Assembly (NCBI RefSeq): GCF_009834535.1
Contig: NC_045697.1
Span: 69,256,001-69,320,000 of the forward strand
Reading direction: 5' to 3'
Source: Camelus ferus
Lineage: Eukaryota
DNA: 64,000 bases
Numbering within the stretch: the first letter of the stretch is position 1; every line of letters starts with the position of its first letter. This document shows positions 1-12,294 of the stretch, piece by piece. The translations under genes and the position numbers were made by a program. The notes under the pieces were generated by a model. It did no database searches, was not told where the DNA came from, and worked only from the letters and a program-made list of their open reading frames with translations.

Positions 1-4
1 GTGA

Positions 5-145
5 CATTACTGTCCCTTGCATAAACGAGGAAAGGGTATCTCGGAGAAGTTAATGAGGTTGCCCAGTCACACTTTTACATGATGGTCAATGGAGGAGTCA
101 GTATTTGAACTCCAGTTTGTTCAGCCCCAGAACTGTGCTTTTTTT
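5..145 (-). mobile_element. MIR SINE fragment
   Basis: gaggaaa...gagaagttaatgaggttgcccagtcacac...atttgaactccag resembles the reverse MIR core. Confidence 0.65.
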
Positions 146-169
146 CCTCACAACAACCAGAGCGATTTC

Positions 170-735
170 AAACAAAAGCCAGATCAGGACACTCCCTTAT
201 CAAAGTGCCCTGGTGACTTCCTCCCATCCAATTCCTGCAGGACTCTGCCTACTCTGGGCTCTACCTGCCTCTCCCGCCACACCCCTACTTCTTCTTGCTC
301 TGGCTCTCACCCTTCCAGGCCCACCAGCCAGTCTTCCTGTTCCTTGGAATCATGAAGTCCCCAACTCAGGGCCATCATACCTGCTATTCCCTCTGCCTGG
401 AACGCTATTCCCTCAGGACTCTGCAGGCCACCCCCCCCCCCCTTTACTTTATCCAAGTCTCTGCTCCAGTGCAACCTCCTCTGGGAGCCTCTTCCAACTA
501 CTCTATCTAAACGAGACCCCTGCCCCCTCGCTGTGTAACTAGCCTCACCCTACACCTTACGTTTCTCAGGAGCACTCACCCATACCTGCATGTGTACTCT
601 TGGCTAGTTAACTGCTTACAGCCAGTGCACCTACACCCCAACTAGAACGTAAGCTCCACGGGGCAGGACCCTGCATCGTTCACTGCTGCATCCTCATCCC
701 CATGCCAGGTCCCAGGCACGTGGCCAGTGCGCACC
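170..735 (+). mobile_element. L2 LINE 3' end
   Basis: ctgctattccctctgcctggaac and actagaacgtaagctccacggggcaggacc...gttcactgctgcatcc are L2 3'-terminal motifs. Confidence 0.7.
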
Positions 736-2617
736 AAACTGGGTTGCTGTGTGTCCTTTACCAGCTACCACCTCTGCTTGGTCCCAGCTCACAGAGCTCT
801 GCTACACAGAAGCTGGGTAACCTTGGCCGCGTAACTTCAAGTCTGCAGAGAAACTACCCTGTACTGATGGTGGCCCTGATGAAAGAGGGAACTGCTGTTC
901 ATCCCTCCCTAAAGACCACGTCATCCCCTTGCTCTGCTATTTCTATGACACTGCCATTTTTATCAAAGAAGAGACATCTGGGGTAACTGATGAAACAAAA
1001 GGATAATTATATTCCACAAAGAGAAAAAAATCCTTCAAAACAACAAATTGTCTATTTATTGCTAGAACAGACAATTAGTTCATATAATGCCTTCCAGCGT
1101 CGTTTCAAAGCAGATAGAAATGGACTCTGATTAAAGGAGAGTTATAAAAAGCTGTATTATCTGGCATCGAACCAAAGAGAAGGCTTCTAAAAGTGGAATT
1201 TCTGAGATTCCACCAATACAAATCTCCAAGCTTACAAAGGGATTGAGGCAGAAGCCCATCATAATCCAAAAGAAGACCAGTCTTCAACATAAAAGTTTCT
1301 AGAGATAAAATTATCTGTGTTTGGGGAACTTAATTTGTCTCCCTTCCTGTACAATCACTGCCCTGCCTCATAAGGTTGCTGGAAGGTGGTCCATTTTCCA
1401 TAAAACATTTCACATTCTGTGGAAGTATTTTGTAAACACACAGAGGGTGGTTCAGTTTCAAAACTCTGGATTTACTTTGCATTTTCTTTGATGCAGTCTA
1501 TCTAAACATTGTTTTACTAAATGTGGAAATTCCTTCCTGCATCTGAGGGTCTTTTGTTTGCTGGACTTTCTTAGCTTCTCTCTCCCTTCCTATTACCTAA
1601 CACACTTCAAAGGAACTCCTGACTTCAGGCCTTGGTCAAACTCAGAGGGTGAAATACCAAAGCGATAAGAGAATGTTCTTCTGGGAAAATCTAAGCTAAC
1701 CTCTTAGTTTTCAAGTTTTAACCAATCTAGCCGCTCGCTCACTCTCACAGGTGGGAGATAATAAAGCTTTACAATGTAGCCAAATACCAGAATAGATAAA
1801 ATGCTGCCAAACGGTTTCACTTCCAAAGAAGGGGAAAAAAAAAAAAGGAGTCAGGATTTATTTTGAATTCCAGTGCTTGGCCTCAGAGGGAGAAGCTGCA
1901 GAGAGAAAGTTTAAAGGAATGGCTGGCAAGACATGCGGAGGAGGGGTGGACACGGGGCAGGGGTGTCATGAGTGTGTTACTTACAGGATAAACTACCCAG
2001 AACGCACTGTCTTCACTGCAGCCTAGAATATGCTTCTCCACGTTTCCAGATTTTCCCTTATACTGTAATCGATCACAAACTGAATATGCCTTAACATTTT
2101 CAATCAGCAGACACGTGTTTCCATTCTTAGCATTAGTGACAAGTTTATGTGACATTCAAACATGAATTACCTCTAGCTTCCTTCACATGCTAACGTGTTA
2201 GCCTTGCACATAATGCTCACACGAAAATACCATCTTTACAGCTTGTGTAATCTTCCAAAGGTTTTTTTTTTAGTAAAAGAGGAAAAAAAAAGGTTACAGG
2301 TGGTTTAGTGTTATTTATAATGATTACTGAAATTCTTGTGTCAGCATGAGGAAACATTCCAAAGCAACACATCTCTCTAGCTAACTGAGAAAATTCCAGT
2401 ACTCATTCTCTAGTATGCACGTGTTTTGTTACTTCTGTAATTATTTTGGAGCAGTGACCAATTTAAGTCTCTGAACTACATTATCTTCCAAGAATAGTTT
2501 TTTGTTAAAGGGTCATGTTTCCGTTTACTTGTGGTTGTCAAAGAAGAAGAGGAAGACAGCATACACTGTGCAGTTTCTAACAACCAAAACGTGAGCATTT
2601 AATGATGTTTAACTTAC

Positions 2618-2668
2618 TTTTTCATTCCACGCCCACAGTCCAATTCCAAGAAATGCGATTCCCAAAAA
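2618..2668 (-). CDS. TSPAN5: Tetraspanin-5 coding exon 2 (51 bp, 17 codons, phase 0/0); second half of TM1 and start of the small extracellular loop
   Basis: The minus strand reads ctttctccctttctttcag|TTT TTG GGA ATC GCA TTT CTT GGA ATT GGA CTG TGG GCG TGG AAT GAA AAA|gtaagtt = FLGIAFLGIGLWAWNEK. Both splice sites are canonical. The peptide matches recalled human TSPAN5 (FLGITFLGIGLWAWNEK) at 16/17; paralogues TSPAN14 and TSPAN17 are more divergent here. Confidence 0.96.
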
Positions 2669-3173
2669 CTGAAAGAAAGGGAGAAAGTGGGGTAAGTAGG
2701 AGGGTAAATGCCATGATTTTACTAACACAAATAAAGTTTTCAATCAATTCTTTTGTTACTTTACCGGGCTGAGGAATAGTTTTCTCTGAAATCAGACTGT
2801 CTGTAACAGGGAAAGAAATACCATCATCTCCTTGATTAAAGTTATTATTGTCATTAAGAAGGGTTAGGGACACTTGCTTAGAAGTCATTCAGATGACGGA
2901 GAAGAATTAGATAGAATCTTGAGTAAAATGAAAGTCATCAGTGAAGTTTAATGTTGCCTTTTTGGGAAGGAGAGGAAACAGGGAGTCCCCTATCCAACAA
3001 ATTCAAGCATGGCATTCACTAAAAATGGGTAAGTGCGGGCGTGAATTTAGAAGAGCTGGTGATTTTCTCTTCAAAGTCACGCCATCAGGAACGGGTTGGG
3101 TCTGGGAGAGCATGCAAACGCCCCTGATGTCCCTCAGCAAGCTCTTCATCACTCTTCAAAAGAGACTATGGCA

Positions 3174-3294
3174 GGGGGGAAGGTATAGCTCAGTGGTAGA
3201 GTGTGTGCTTAGCATGCATGAGGTCCTGGGTTCAATCCCCAGTACCTCTGTTAAAAAAAAAAAATTACCTCCTCCACCAATAAAACAAACAAAA
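3174..3294 (+). mobile_element. tRNA-Ala-derived SINE (camelid Vic-1 type), long form
   Basis: ggggggaaggtatagctcagtggtagag (A box)...cttagcat...ggttcaatcccc (B box) agtacctc, then an A-run, attacctcc and an A-rich tail. Confidence 0.9.
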
Positions 3295-3583
3295 GGGACC
3301 AGGAATCTTATCAAGTCCAAGGTGACCCCAAGAAAATGCCTGGATTCTTCTGTTTTTCAGAAACTTAAATTACTTATATTGTAGTTGAGAGGGCTTCCAT
3401 GACTCAGCCCAGTCTCAACTCAGTACCCTAACTTCATGCACAACACGGAGCACACAGATAACACACTTTTATGAGAGACTGAAATGAAGACTCAGCCGTC
3501 CACCAGCTGCGCTGAGTATTCGGGCGGAGGAGGGGAGAAGACAGTAACAGGGTGGGGGGGGGGTCCATTTTAATTAGTTCTCA

Positions 3584-3735
3584 CTGTATTCCAGCTGCTT
3601 TAAGATACACATTTTTCTACCACGATTTAACATCTCTGAAATTGGGATGTGTCTTAAAATCGATGGTATCTCATAGTTTAATTGCTTTTTTTCCCCTTGA
3701 TTGTACATAAAATAATAGTGAGTCTTAATAGTGAG
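3584..3735. mobile_element. TcMar-Tc2 (MER104/Kanga-like) DNA transposon relic
   Basis: taagatacacattttt...tttaacatctctgaaattgggatgtgtcttaaaatcgatgg matches the recalled MER104-type terminal sequence. Confidence 0.6.
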
Positions 3736-4889
3736 ATTATCACAGGTTTGGTGACACATTGCACACGGTTGTCCACCCACGAAGAGTTCAGTGGTCAGGA
3801 CGGGGTGTGACTGGCCACGAAGAAAGACACATCATTGTCTTCATCTTTATCATCAACAGCAACTCTCAACCTTCTCTCCAGACACTGAAAAGAGGGTCAC
3901 AGGTTGAGGAGAAGCTTCAGTCCGATGGCAGCAGCACACGCTGTTTATTTCACTAACATCTTGATCAAGTTAAGTGTCAGGGAAGCTGTCCGCAGGAGGG
4001 GGGTGGGTGGAGAAAACGAGAGTGAGGGTGGTTACTCTTTCCAGTTTCAGGGAAATCTGAGAACCGTCCACCTGGCAAGGTCTCCGCCATTCTCAGTGGG
4101 GAGTTACTGACACTTTGCAGGCAGCGGCTAATAAATCTGAAAAGGGGCTGGGAAACAGCAGGAGCAGAGGGAAAGGCAGGGTCTGAAAACACACAACTGC
4201 TCTGAAAAAGTGGTGGTGTCTTTAAAAGCAGAACTTCCCAAATCCCCTGGCAATTATCTGACACTGCTGTGAGACAGCCCTCAATACACTGAACCCCTAC
4301 ACAAAGAAGCTTCAGTGTGCCCTTGATTTAGCAAAAACGGAGGACCCTCCCTCTTCTTCCTAACCTGGCTCACAGAGGTTTGAAAAATGTTTCAAAAAAT
4401 TTGTTTTCAATATCCCAACAAAAAACCAGTATGGTCCACCTCTCTGCCGTCCTAGCCAGAATGCCACTTCACTTTACAGTTCCAATCCATAACCAGAAAT
4501 GGATCAGTCCCTCAAATGACTCAAAGGTCCTTGGGACTCTGTAGTACAAAAATGAAGCAAGTCGGCGTGTCACTCTCATATTCATAGGTTCCAGCCACAA
4601 CCGGGTAACAAGGGACAAGAACGCACACAGGAGCCCATCAGACCCAGAAATCATGGAGCCCTTGACTTCATCCACATTGACAATCAAACTCAGCACAGTG
4701 AAATGAATGACTTTCTGATGCTAAAGCTCTTTGCAGACAAATGTTCGGTCATGTCCCCGATGCGGTGTTTAATCAGCGTCACCACAAGCAGTGGGTGGGA
4801 TGTTGTGGCAGAGGACATCCTGATCAGCTGTCCTTCTTGATGCTGAAGAGGGTGGACGTGGTACTGCTGAGGGCCCCGGCCTCACCGCT

Positions 4890-5130
4890 GACATTTATTT
4901 CTCTTTATTACTTGCCAAGCACTATGCTTAGTGCTTTCTATGCAGTGTCTCTCTTAAGCATCACAACAATTTTATTTTAAGATAGGCACTATTATTAGCC
5001 CCACTGTAAGAAAGCAAAATGAGGCTAGGAGAGTTTAATTTGTTTAGAGGCACACAGCTTCTGAGTGGAGAAGCAGAGATCTGAGCCAAGAGGAGTCTAA
5101 CAGCAATCAACGTACATGTTCTTATCAGTC
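4890..5130 (-). mobile_element. MIR SINE
   Basis: ttacttgccaagcactatgcttagtgcttt...gataggcactattattagcccc...gaggctaggagagtttaatttg...cacacagct. Confidence 0.75.
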
Positions 5131-6273
5131 CAGATAAGTCCCCATTTTCCCGCATAGGACAGAAAGTTGAGGCATTCAGGCTAGAATTATGTGGGATCTG
5201 ATGAGGACATCATATATTCCCTCCCCAGGAAGCAAAGGGAAGTTGAGGAGGTAAAAAGAGATGAAAACCTTGCCCTCACATTAAGAACTGGTTCTAGGAC
5301 AGACATGCCCTGTGTTGGTGTCAGCGATGGAGTAAAGTAGAAAACACAGAAATTCAGGGTGGGTCAACTTTCTCCTCTTGGTATAAAGTTCTCCTCTCTC
5401 TTCCTGGCACTTTGAATCACATAAACAGATTGGAAACCAAGTTTTCGACAAAGAAAAAAAAAAATCAGGACTTAAAAGAAGACGCACAATTTCCTATATA
5501 ATCCTTCTCCAATATTTCCTGCCTTAATTGTGACTTTCCAAACATGGTTTAAGAATTTGGAGAAAGGACACTGAATCTGGTCAATAGCTAAGCAAATGGT
5601 GCCAGGCGGGGCCTCAGCCCGCACATACCTTCGGTGCTCCATCACCAGCAAATGTCCTCCCAATTTCTCTCAGCCCATATGTTTTGTTTTAAAATCAAGT
5701 TGTTCCAGCTCCAAATAATTAAACAGAGACGAGCCAAAAAATGAGACAGGCAGGCAGTACTAAAAGCACACCGAGTTTCCCCTTTTCCACCTCCCGAAGA
5801 AAAGGCGACCATAAACCTTCAAACTGACCTCATTCTGACACCCAGAGGCAACCTTACGGGGAACGATTGAGAACATTAAAGTCAGCTCTTTGTTCCTTTA
5901 AAACAGAAACAAAACCAGATCTGAGGCATCTTCCCATGTGGCAATATATGCAAACACGTAGTCAAATGTTTGTCCACCCAGCTTTTGATGTTTCAAATGA
6001 ATATTAATTCTGCCAAAATTTGTCAAATGCTAAGTGTGAACTCAGTACTGTGCTAAGTACTGGGTTTTACATGAATGAGCTAAAACAGCACTTCCTAATA
6101 CTGTAGCCCCCAGCTAGCAGGAATTTGAAACATGGTTAGTTCAAACTGAGATGTGCTAGTAGGTGTAAAATATACACTGGATTTTAAAGACAATATGAAT
6201 TTTTAAAATGTAATACTTTTCCATGTGTACCTGTAAGATTTTTCTGTCATGTCTCAAAAACAAACGCTTGCAA

Positions 6274-6405
6274 GGAGGGTGTAGCTCAGTGGCAGAGCGC
6301 ATGCTTAACATGCACGAGGTCCTGGTTTCAATGTCCAGTACCTCCATTACAGAAAAACAGTATAATAATAATAAAAAAAAACCCTAATCACCCCCCCCCA
6401 AATAA
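6274..6405 (+). mobile_element. tRNA-Ala-derived SINE (Vic-1 type), long form
   Basis: ggagggtgtagctcagtggcagagcgcatgcttaacatgcacgaggtcctggtttcaatgtccagtacctcca, followed by A-rich sequence and cctaatcacccccc. Confidence 0.9.
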
Positions 6406-6561
6406 GAAATCTTTTTTAAAAAGTAAAGACTCTATGAGAGAAAAAAAATGTAAAAGATCTCATTAACAGTTGATTTATTTTTGATTCTGATGTTGAAATG
6501 ATAATACTTTGAACATATTTGGTTAAATATATTAAAATTAACTTCACTTATTTCACATTAC

Positions 6562-6725
6562 TTTTTTAATTGAAGTACAGTTGATTTGTAGTACTATACT
6601 AGTTTCAGGTGTACAACATAGTGATTCAATATTTTTATGGATTATACTCCATTTAAAGCAATAAAATAATGGCTATATTTCCCTGTGCTGTTTACATATC
6701 CTTGAAGCTTATTTATTTTATGTGT
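6562..6725 (-). mobile_element. L1 3'-terminal fragment
   Basis: ttttttaattgaagtacagttgattt...agtttcaggtgtacaacatagtgattca, the same terminal motif as the copies at 21.8 and 51.4 kb. Confidence 0.8.
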
Positions 6726-6809
6726 AATTTTTAAAATACAGCTGCTGGAACATTTAAATTATACACACGGTTCACCCTATATGACTAACGGACAACGCTG
6801 GTCTAAAGT

Positions 6810-6975
6810 ACCCCACAATAATCCCATGTAGTAACAGTATTATCCCCATTCTATACATAAGGAAATTGAGACTCCAAAACATGAATTCAGCCTCCTGAGA
6901 TTACACAGGTGCCTGAGCCGGGTTGCCCAGGAGACCTGACCCCTCATCCCAAGCTCAAAACTATCACAGTGCTTT
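6810..6975 (-). mobile_element. MIR SINE
   Basis: tattatccccattctatacataaggaaattgagactc MIR core. Confidence 0.7.
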
Positions 6976-7364
6976 GCCAATGTGCCTACAATGTTTGTCC
7001 AGCCACGTAAGAAATAGAGAATTATCCTGAAATTCATGTCCTAAGACTCAAAATTGCTCCTTTAACTTCTAGGTGTTCAAGGCAAAGGTGTGTTTTCCTG
7101 CTTGGGAGTGAGAGTGGCACTAGGTGGAAGCTGGGACAGCGGCACGTTGACGGAAGCCTGGCGGGACCAGATTCTGCGGAGCTGACCCTGAGCAAACGCT
7201 GGAGAGGAAGATGGCCCTGGGACGTGACCAGGGCTAGGAGGGGCACAAGTAGGGAATCTCTTCCCCCATCTGTTGTTTTCATCCCCGCTGAGCCTCCAAC
7301 ATCTTAGAAATGGACCAGCGCTCCACCGTAACAGTGCAAAAATGGATATTTCAAGGTGTTCATC

Positions 7365-7950
7365 CATCTATCTACAACCTTCAACAAATATTCTTGAGTT
7401 CCTACTTTGTGCTAGGCACTGCTTTTCTCTGGTGATAAATGGAGGGAAGAAAACAGGAACAGTTCCTGCCCCCAGTGAGCTTGCAGTTCAGTAAGAAAGA
7501 TTTCAATCAAAGTGTAACAGACAGTGACAGACAAACAGACAAAGTGTAACAGACACAGCCCTTGACAGTGCTCTAAAGAAGAAAATACAGCCAATACAAA
7601 CCATAAGAGGGAAGTGGGACCCAGAGAGTGGTCCACAAGGGCTTCTCGAAGTAAGGGATGTAGGAACTGGGGTCTGCAAGATGAGAAGATGTTAACAGGC
7701 AAAGGAAGGAAGGAAGAGTGTTTCAGGCAGAGGGACAAGAATGTGCAAAGGCCCTTCAGTGAGAGAAGCACAGCAAGTAAAAGGGTCTAAACAGTGACTG
7801 GTATGGCTGGTGCACAGAGAACTGGTAAGAGGGGAAGGGATGGCAGGTTTTCAAGTAGAGATACAAACAGGGCCAACCCATGCAGGGCCTCGTGAAACAC
7901 TTTTAAGGAATTCAGTCATCTCCCTACAAGTGACAGGCAGCCATGTAAGG
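7365..7950 (-). mobile_element. L2 LINE 3' region
   Basis: ttcaacaaatattcttgagttcctactttgtgctaggcactg...cctgcccccagtgagcttgcagttcagt...tttcaggcagagggacaagaatgtgcaaaggccc. Confidence 0.8.
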
Positions 7951-9364
7951 GCCCCCTGTGGTAGAGGGCTGGGGTGGGGTGAGGAGGTGGGTCTTTATCA
8001 GATTTGGGCTTTGGAAAGAGGATCTGAGTTGCAGAAAAGGTGAGAGAGAGCTGAGTGTGTGTGCACAGCAGCTAGAAGGAGGCATCTGTGGTCCTGCAGA
8101 CAAGACCTGACTGTGTCCTGGACTGAATGTGCTGGAGAAGTGGGTGGAACTGAGAGTATTCAGAAGTAACACTGACATTTTCAGCGATGCCTGAATATGG
8201 AGAAGGTGTGTGTGGGGGGGATAAGGGTAATGCCTGTGTTTCTGGCATCTTCTTCATGGAGACCATGGCTCTTCAAAATCCATCTTTCGTCCTCTCTGAC
8301 AGAAATAACTCTCGGGTGTCAGTTTCATAACTAGCTTGAGATCTAGCAACATTTCTGAAGGACAGCTTTCTTTCGTGGGCATTTGGGCTGCTGTCTGAAT
8401 TCTCTCTGAAGCAAATTTCAGTTTGTATACTTTAAAAAAAATAAATTATGTAAAATCTATACACACGTCCACCACCACCTATTACTTTTATTCATAGAAG
8501 GAAGTAGTAATGTCTACATGGACATTAAAGTCCACAGGCAACTCTCAAATGGACATTTTCAATCCGTTTTGCTTAAAAAGTAACAATTACGTCAACGGCA
8601 TCTGCCAGCATCCTGTGAATAGACTCAAAATAACAAGGCAGCAAGGTAAACACAACAGAGGAAAATAAAAACCAGGTCAATCCTTCCCACCTGAACTGGA
8701 GCCTCAAAAATATTATCCTAAGTAACAATGGAAAGAACTGTTACTCCTTCATCATTCTGATAAAGTTGTTTTTAAAATGTTAAGTTCTGCCTGAATAAAC
8801 AGGAGAGATTCATTTAAAATGTTTGGCACAGAAAAGAGGAAAGAGAAAGAATGCCACGAGGAAAGACGTATTTTCCTGAAGCTGCAACACGTGTACGTGT
8901 TATTAGATGCTTTCAGACACTTGTGACCACCACTCCAGGCCTGGCAGGGGTGGGTGAGGTGGAGCAGGCCACACAAGTGGGCTAAATACTTATGTTAACA
9001 AAACCCATGTTGTTTTTATAAAGCAGGGGTGATTTCAGGAACAAAATGCCTGTGGGCACAATTCTTGCCACGTCAGAGGAGTAAACATGGGCTGGTGGAA
9101 AATTCAATACACAGAAAGGCAATCTCAATTCTGCCACCGGGTCCCCACGTCCCAGTTTGTACACTCAAACCGCCTGGAATCCTCATGATAAGATGGCACG
9201 GCAGATAAAGTCCGAACTTGTAAACCGGACATTCCCCATCTGAGCCAGGGTCAACTTCTCACTTCGCTTGGCCCGAATGGCCTCCTCCACGCGGCCTGAA
9301 CACGTGCAGCCTGCGGAAGCCCGGCTCCGGCACGTCGTGGTTCGGTGACCTCGGGAAAGGCTCT

Positions 9365-9910
9365 TCATTTATTCAACACGTATTTACTGAGCATCTACTA
9401 AGAGCCAGGCAGCCCTCCAGGGGCTCTGGATAAACCGAGAGGCAAAACAGACAAACATGCCTGCCCTTAGGGCTGACATTCTAGTCCGGCGTGTGGAGGG
9501 AAAGACAATAAAAAGAAACAAGTGAGTTAGGTAATATACAATTTTAGAAGACGAGAAGCACTGCGGGAAAAGAGAACAGCACAAGGGGGCTGAAATGTGG
9601 CCCAGGGCGGAGGGAGGGCTTGTGACACTAAAATAGAGGGACCAAGTAAGTCTCCATTAAGAGTTAGATAAGCAAAATGATGAAGGAGATGGAGCTGACT
9701 GGCAGGTGTCGGGGAACTGTGTTCCAGGCTAAGGAGCAGCCTGGTGAAGGCCCTAAGGCGCGGGTGTGCAGGTCCGTTGGAAGAACAGCCACCTGAGGAC
9801 AGAGCCCACAGGGCAGAGAGTAACATGAGTCACGCTGGTTGGGCTTAGAAGGCCGTGGTGACAGCTGGTTTCTCCCAGAGAGAGAAAGAACCACTGGAGG
9901 GTTTCCTGAC
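9365..9910 (-). mobile_element. L2 LINE 3' region
   Basis: cattt attcaacacgtatttactgagcatctac...cctgcccttagggctgacattctagt...gttccaggctaaggagcagc. Confidence 0.8.
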
Positions 9911-12294
9911 TTCCGAGAGCCCCCTGGTCCTCATCTGTCAGATGGAGGTAATAGGGCACCCAAGGAAACGCACAAAACAACTGAAGGGGTCAATGTGACA
10001 ATGTGAGGACCGGCTGAGGTTCTCAAATCAAATCACATGCCTGGAATAGCGGTACTTCCTACATATTCGCTCCCTCCCCTCCCCGTCCTCAGCTGCCTCC
10101 TCCCCTCCCAGACCCACCATGTGTCAGTGTGAACCCTGCTTCCAGGCCTGCCTTCTCCTGGGATGAGAGCGCACCCTCACTCACAGTGACCAGAGGGCCC
10201 TCTCGTCTCACCTTCTGCACCACTCACTGCATGGACCCTTAGTTGACATTTACACGCACAGGACTGTCAGGGAGTGACGTGCCCTGGGTCGGACTCCAGG
10301 AGTGGTGGGGGCTGTGTGAACCGCAGGGACAGCAGGTGCCTGTTTAAGGGGCAGCAGCACCTGCCCTCCAATTAATCATGTCCCTTCCCCTGATGCAGGC
10401 GGGAGGCTCCTTCCAGGAACAGTGGATACAAGCATCCCCGTGCACTGACAAGAAACCAGCCCTGATCAAAATGCTGAGATCATGTTTACCTTCAGGTCTT
10501 TTCCGTTTCTAATCTTAGCAATCTGGTTCGTGAACGCCGGGTGTTTACTGGCCCAATAATCCTGAAATCCCACATTACAGTAAATTTCTCCCCATCAGGG
10601 CTTCTTGATGTATCTCCCCTCTCCCTAACCTTATTATAACTCCTTGCTTTTATATTATATCCTCTGTGATGTGTTTTGGTTTCGTTACATCCATTAAAAA
10701 AAAAACACAATCTTTTTGGAAGAATGTGGGATATATCACCCCCCCTTTTTGGGAAAACTGGCCCCACGAAGGGTGGGCCCCTGCAGCCACATTCGCAAAG
10801 GAGAGCCCACTCCCTCTCAACCCTCTGTAGACTGAGGAGGAGACTAAGGCAGGACCACGACTCAGGAAGAGCTATTTACTAAATATGAGGCTTTCTTGCC
10901 CAGAAATGGGGTTCTGGACATGGTGGTGTTGGTCAGCTTCAGTCTCCCTTATGCTAGAACAGTCTGGGTGCTATGGGGAGGGCACGCTGATGCCGATGGC
11001 CTAGAAGAGACCAAGGCGGACTTCTGTTTCCGACAACCCTCTGCTCCTTATCCCCAGGACCCCTGGTCCCATTTCCCAATCCTGCGTTCCATGCACCGCC
11101 CCTGGGTCCTTATTGGATGTCTCCCCTCCTCCCCTCCCATTTTACCTCAAGCTACCTTGGGGGCTTTCTGTCACTTGCAACCAAGAGGGTCCTAAGACAG
11201 AAACAAGAGAGCAGATTAATTTCCTTTGTGCTTAGTCCTGTGACAAGTTTATGGTAAACAATCAAACATGCGAACAGGAGCGAGCACAGTGGGGCTCTAG
11301 AGACTAATAACGATCTGATGGAGAGGCAGTTCCTTTCCAAGTAGGTGAGGAGAGACTCTCGTTGTTCTGAACAACCAGGTGAGCGGTTGTGAGTTGGTGT
11401 GAGAAGTTACACATAATTCAGCCCACTTCTACCTCACAGAGATGGCTGCCCCCCTACTTGCTTGTTGAATTTTGGAAGCAGAATGATACAGCTAGAACCC
11501 AAGAAATGGTTTCTGAAGCAGCAGCGGCCCCTAGGCATTGTGGACCCGTGTTCTCTCCTCCTGGTCCCCCGAGGATGGAGGGGCTCCAGGCCTCTGAGCT
11601 TGCTCTGCACCGGGAGAAGGCCAGAGCACCTCTTGAAGAAATGTCTGTGATGAGGGGACAGTCTTGTTCGGAAATTCCTTTGCTAGAGGTTGGAGCTTAT
11701 TAACATTTTGGCAAGAACTAGCAATCTGAGGTGGGAAGGGAGAGAAAAGGGGAGGGCAATGTAGGCAATAAAACCTGTATGCCTCTCGGAAATTACTCAG
11801 GCAATGCAGGCACACAGAAAGGAACGTGGGGGATTACACAGTTCGGGATGGAAACGTGGAGGCTGCAAGTTGACGGCCCACGGATCTTTGTCTCAGGAAA
11901 AGCCAGGCTTATGCTGCCCAGGCTATTCCATCTGTGATTCTCTGATGAGATAAACCAAGGCCAAGAACAGACCAGAGAGATGTTCTGAAGGCTGAGGAGG
12001 ACAGAGGGATAATTCAAGTATTTCAAACCAGAGCCATGAGAAGTAAGTTATCTGTAGACAAACATCAGCCTTTGTGGGAATTAAGCTCCTGCTGTCTGCA
12101 TGAAACAGCCAAACAGTGCAGCTCCAGCTAATGGCAGCTTTGAAAGTTTAATGCCCTCAGATGTATACTGTTTTTGAGTTGAAACGTCTTCAGGTTTTAC
12201 AGAAACAACCTAGGCAAGATTTAAAGGTTAATGCAAATAAAAATTAAAATAGGATTACTCTTTTTTAAAGCACAAGTAGGATTATATATTTCAA

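Larger units (their letters stand above)
1..2617 (-). other. TSPAN5: 5' portion of TSPAN5 intron 2
   Basis: Donor gtaagtt at 2617-2611. The exon-3 peptide (GVLSNISSITDLGGFDP...) was not seen in 1-2617. Confidence 0.85.
6086..6800 (-). mobile_element. MER33-like hAT-Charlie element interrupted by a SINE and an L1 fragment
   Basis: Three collinear pieces: aactgagatgtgct...tgtaaaatatacactggattt; atgttgaaatgataata...attaaaattaacttcac; and the terminus ggacaacgctg (6790-6800). Confidence 0.7.

Noticed and set aside
2622..2888. 88-aa minus-strand ORF overlapping the exon
   Set aside because: It is in a different frame from the TSPAN5 peptide and is mostly intronic sequence.
3174..3250. Possible functional tRNA-Ala(AGC) genes (also at 6274, 29457 and 30178)
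   Set aside because: Stem mismatches, A-rich tails and TSDs, with no oligo-T terminator right after the body, indicate SINE retrocopies.
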